NCBI GenBank assembly: GCA_965223705.1
Contig: OZ245015.1
Coordinates: 4,160,001 to 4,224,000 of the forward strand
Direction of reading: 5' to 3'
DNA length: 64,000 nucleotides
Origin: Myxococcota bacterium
GTDB lineage: Bacteria; Myxococcota_A; UBA9160; UBA6930
The translations under genes were made by a program, and so were the position numbers. This document shows, one piece after another, positions 61,297-64,000 of this stretch. The notes below the pieces were generated by a model. It saw only the letters and a list, made by a program, of their open reading frames with translations. It was not told where the DNA came from and did not search any database. Numbering within the stretch: the stretch's first letter is position 1; the number at the start of each line of letters is the position of its first letter.

Positions 61297-63285
61297 GTGA
61301 CACGAGCATTTTCGAGACGGCGCCTGTGCGCCGCGGCATTCGTCCTTTCGGGCATTGGCTTCGGCAGCCTGGCCGCCGTCTCGGAGGCTCACGCAGCGCT
61401 CGGGTGCCGGGACATCCCGGACTTGATGGGCGTGTACTTCCGCAAGCACGTCGCGGTCGCGTCCGGCGGGCCCGAAATCGGCTTTCGCACCGCCGACACG
61501 TATCTGCGGCGGCAAGATCCTCAGCGCAGTCTGGTGGACCGCGGCGAGGCCGAGAAGCTGCGCCAGTCCTTGCGCGAGGCCTTCAAGGACGCGCGCACCG
61601 GAAAGTGCAAACGCCTCCTCGACATCCACAAGAAGCTGATCTCGTTCCAGTCGCGGACCGAGAGCGAAGTGAAGGCGATCCTCGGCGCAGAAGATTACGC
61701 CGTCGACGAGACCGCCGAACTCGTGCTCGACCCCGACGAAAGGGAACGCCCGAAGTCAGCCGCCGAGCGGAAGGCGTTACTCGAGACCCTGACGCATTTT
61801 CAGATCTCGAACTACCTGGCGAACGATCTCGAACTCGCCGAAGCGAAGCGCCGTCTGACGCACCGTCACGAGCTTCGCGTCAAGCGGTTGCGCGAGCAGA
61901 CGAACGCCCAGGTCTTCTCCACCTTTCTCGACGCGTTCGCCGCCTCGCTGGATCCGCACTCGAGCTACCTCTCGGCTGACGACCTCGAAGATTTCCGCAT
62001 CGGCATGCAGCTCTCGCTCGAGGGCATCGGGGTCGCGCTGTCCGAGCGCGATGGCTACGCCGTCGTGGAACAGATCATCCCCGGCGGCGCTGCCGATCGC
62101 CTGGAAGTCCTGCGGCCCCAAGACAAGATCATCGCGGTCGCCGAAGAAGAGGGCGAGGCCGTCGACGTGATCGACATGGCGCTGCGCGATGTCGTACGTC
62201 TCATCCGTGGACGCAAAGGCAGCACGGTTCACCTGACGGTGCTTCGGCAAGGCGACGAGGCGGAACGCTTCCCGGTCTCGATCGTGCGCGACAAGATCGA
62301 TCTCGACCAACAGGCGGCGAAGCTCGACATCGAAGAAGTGGAGCACGACGGCACCAAGCTCAAACTCGGGGTGCTGGAACTCCCGTCGTTCTACGGCGAC
62401 CGGGATTCCAACGAACGCCTGTCCTCACGCGACGTTCGCGCGCTCCTCGAAGAGGCGCGGGAAGCGAAGGTCGACGGCCTGCTCTTCGACTTGTCGCGCA
62501 ACGGCGGTGGCCTGCTCGAAGACGCGGTCGCGATCTCCGGACTCTTCGTGCGTGAAGGTGGCATCGTCGCCGTGAAAGACGGCGGCAAGCGGAGCCGGGT
62601 GATGCCCGACCCGGATTCCAAGCTGCTGTACAACGGTCCGCTGGTCGTCCTCGTGTCCCGCGTCAGCGCCTCCGCTTCCGAGATCGTCGCCGGCGCGCTG
62701 CGCGACTACAACCGCGCCGTGATCGTCGGCGACTCACAGACCTTCGGCAAAGGGACCGTACAGAGCGTGTTCCCGCTGCAACCCGGCCTCGGCGCATTGC
62801 GGATCACGACAGCGCTCTTTTTCCGCCCCGGTGGCGACTCGACTCAAAAAGCGGGCGTCGCCAGCCACTTCGTGATCCCGTCTCGGTTCGACGTCGAAAG
62901 CATCGGCGAATCGAAGCAGCGGTACGTGCTTCCCGAGCAGAGGATCCCGGAATTCCTGAGCGATCGCGCAAACGCCAAGAAGGAGCAAGACCGCTTCAAA
63001 GCTGTCACGCCGGACCTCGTCAAGGTGTTGGCCGAGCGCTCGCGCGCTCGCGTCGAGAAAGACGAGGAGCTCCAGGAAGTCGTCGAAGATCTAGCCGAGC
63101 GCGAAGGAGACGACGGTGTCGTCGTGCTGTCGGAACTCGTCGAGAACCGCCAAAACGGTAACGGGGAAAGCGTCGAAGGCGGTACCGAGGACGCGGCCGC
63201 GAACGACGACGCCGACGACAAGCGCCCCCCGCAAACCGAGGAAGCGCTCCGGGTGCTTGCGGATCTCGTCCTGCTCTCGCGTTGA
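61297..63285 (+). CDS. prc: Carboxy-terminal processing protease (S41A, Prc/Tsp)
   Basis: LDPHSSY, LEGIG PDZ, NGGGLL, SASASEI, TFGKGTVQ. Confidence 0.93.
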   Translation: MTRAFSRRRLCAAAFVLSGIGFGSLAAVSEAHAALGCRDIPDLMGVYFRKHVAVASGGPEIGFRTADTYLRRQDPQRSLVDRGEAEKLRQSLREAFKDARTGKCKRLLDIHKKLISFQSRTESEVKAILGAEDYAVDETAELVLDPDERERPKSAAERKALLETLTHFQISNYLANDLELAEAKRRLTHRHELRVKRLREQTNAQVFSTFLDAFAASLDPHSSYLSADDLEDFRIGMQLSLEGIGVALSERDGYAVVEQIIPGGAADRLEVLRPQDKIIAVAEEEGEAVDVIDMALRDVVRLIRGRKGSTVHLTVLRQGDEAERFPVSIVRDKIDLDQQAAKLDIEEVEHDGTKLKLGVLELPSFYGDRDSNERLSSRDVRALLEEAREAKVDGLLFDLSRNGGGLLEDAVAISGLFVREGGIVAVKDGGKRSRVMPDPDSKLLYNGPLVVLVSRVSASASEIVAGALRDYNRAVIVGDSQTFGKGTVQSVFPLQPGLGALRITTALFFRPGGDSTQKAGVASHFVIPSRFDVESIGESKQRYVLPEQRIPEFLSDRANAKKEQDRFKAVTPDLVKVLAERSRARVEKDEELQEVVEDLAEREGDDGVVVLSELVENRQNGNGESVEGGTEDAAANDDADDKRPPQTEEALRVLADLVLLSR

Positions 63286-63545
63286 AACCCTGGGTCGCAG
63301 TTCTCGCGATCGCGGCCCTGCTCGCGGTGCTCGTCATCGCCACCCTCCGCGAGACGCGTGGCGTTCACTGCGAAGCGTGCGTGGACTTTCGCGGCCAGGC
63401 ACACTGCGCGACGGCCGTTGCGCCGACCCGCGACGAAGCCGAGCAAGGTGCGCGAATGAGTGCCTGCTCCGTCGTGGCACGCGGCGTAACCCGGAGTCTC
63501 GAGTGCCAGCGCAAGCCGCCGAGCTCCCTTCGCTGCAGTGAGTGA
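63282..63545 (+). CDS. Small membrane-anchored Cys-rich protein
   Basis: TTGA overlap with prc stop; N-terminal TM helix; six Cys. Confidence 0.7.
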   Translation: MKPWVAVLAIAALLAVLVIATLRETRGVHCEACVDFRGQAHCATAVAPTRDEAEQGARMSACSVVARGVTRSLECQRKPPSSLRCSE

Positions 63546-63608
63546 ATCGCTTCGCAGGTGTGCGCGTCTTCGCTATCTTGACCGATCGGACAACAATCGG
63601 AGTCGACC

Positions 63609-64000
63609 ATGGAACTAGAGCCCGCCGTTCGTGAGCGCATCGGAGAACTGATCGCCTCTGAGCGCGTCTTTCTCTTTATGAAGGGCCGTCGCGGGGCACC
63701 GCAATGCGGTTTCTCGGCCACCGTGACGCAGCTCCTCGACCAGCTGATCCCGGACTACGGCACGTACGACGTGCTGCAGGATCCGGAGGTTCGCGAGGGC
63801 ATCAAAGTCTTTTCGACCTGGCCGACCATTCCGCAACTCTACGTCGAGGGAGAGTTCATCGGCGGCTGCGACATCATCACCGAGATGTTCCAGAGCGGCG
63901 AGCTGGAAGATGCTCTCGGCCTCGAACGCGCGGGCGATTCCGTTCCGAGCATCGAGATTTCCGACGATGCCGCCCGAGCGCTGCGCGAACTTTCAAACAA
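63609..64000 (+). CDS. grxD: Monothiol glutaredoxin Grx4 with C-terminal extension (partial)
   Basis: Hand translation: LFMKG...PQCGFS...WPTIPQLYVEGEFIGGCD; frame stays open to the window edge. Confidence 0.92.
   Translation, partial: MELEPAVRERIGELIASERVFLFMKGRRGAPQCGFSATVTQLLDQLIPDYGTYDVLQDPEVREGIKVFSTWPTIPQLYVEGEFIGGCDIITEMFQSGELEDALGLERAGDSVPSIEISDDAARALRELSN

Overview
High-GC, densely coding bacterial chromosome segment with about 60 genes. TonB receptor, PilT ATPases, flagellin and sigma54 promoters indicate a diderm, most consistent with Myxococcota/deltaproteobacteria (inferred, not searched). It also carries actinobacteria-like catabolism (paired acyl-CoA dehydrogenases, thiolase-like protein, F420-type LLM, P450, type-2 ValRS). 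Main content: a beta-oxidation-like operon led by an AhpD/CMD gene with an in-frame UGA (CxxU) and SECIS-like hairpin; three glycosyltransferases; a ThDP decarboxylase + ALDH pair resembling the 2-oxoglutarate decarboxylase/SSADH TCA bypass; an orphan sigma54 flagellin beside a degenerate JmjC; a cobalamin-riboswitch btuB/btuFCD locus with two unexplained accessory genes; egtD + gamma-glutamylcyclotransferase; addAB; amtB-PII; valS; aroG; two pilT (one MshEN-fused); fbp; a candidate ECF-sigma sRNA; ahcY; prc; grxD. No rRNA, tRNA, CRISPR or mobile element was seen. All family calls come from motif recognition by eye; no database searches were run.
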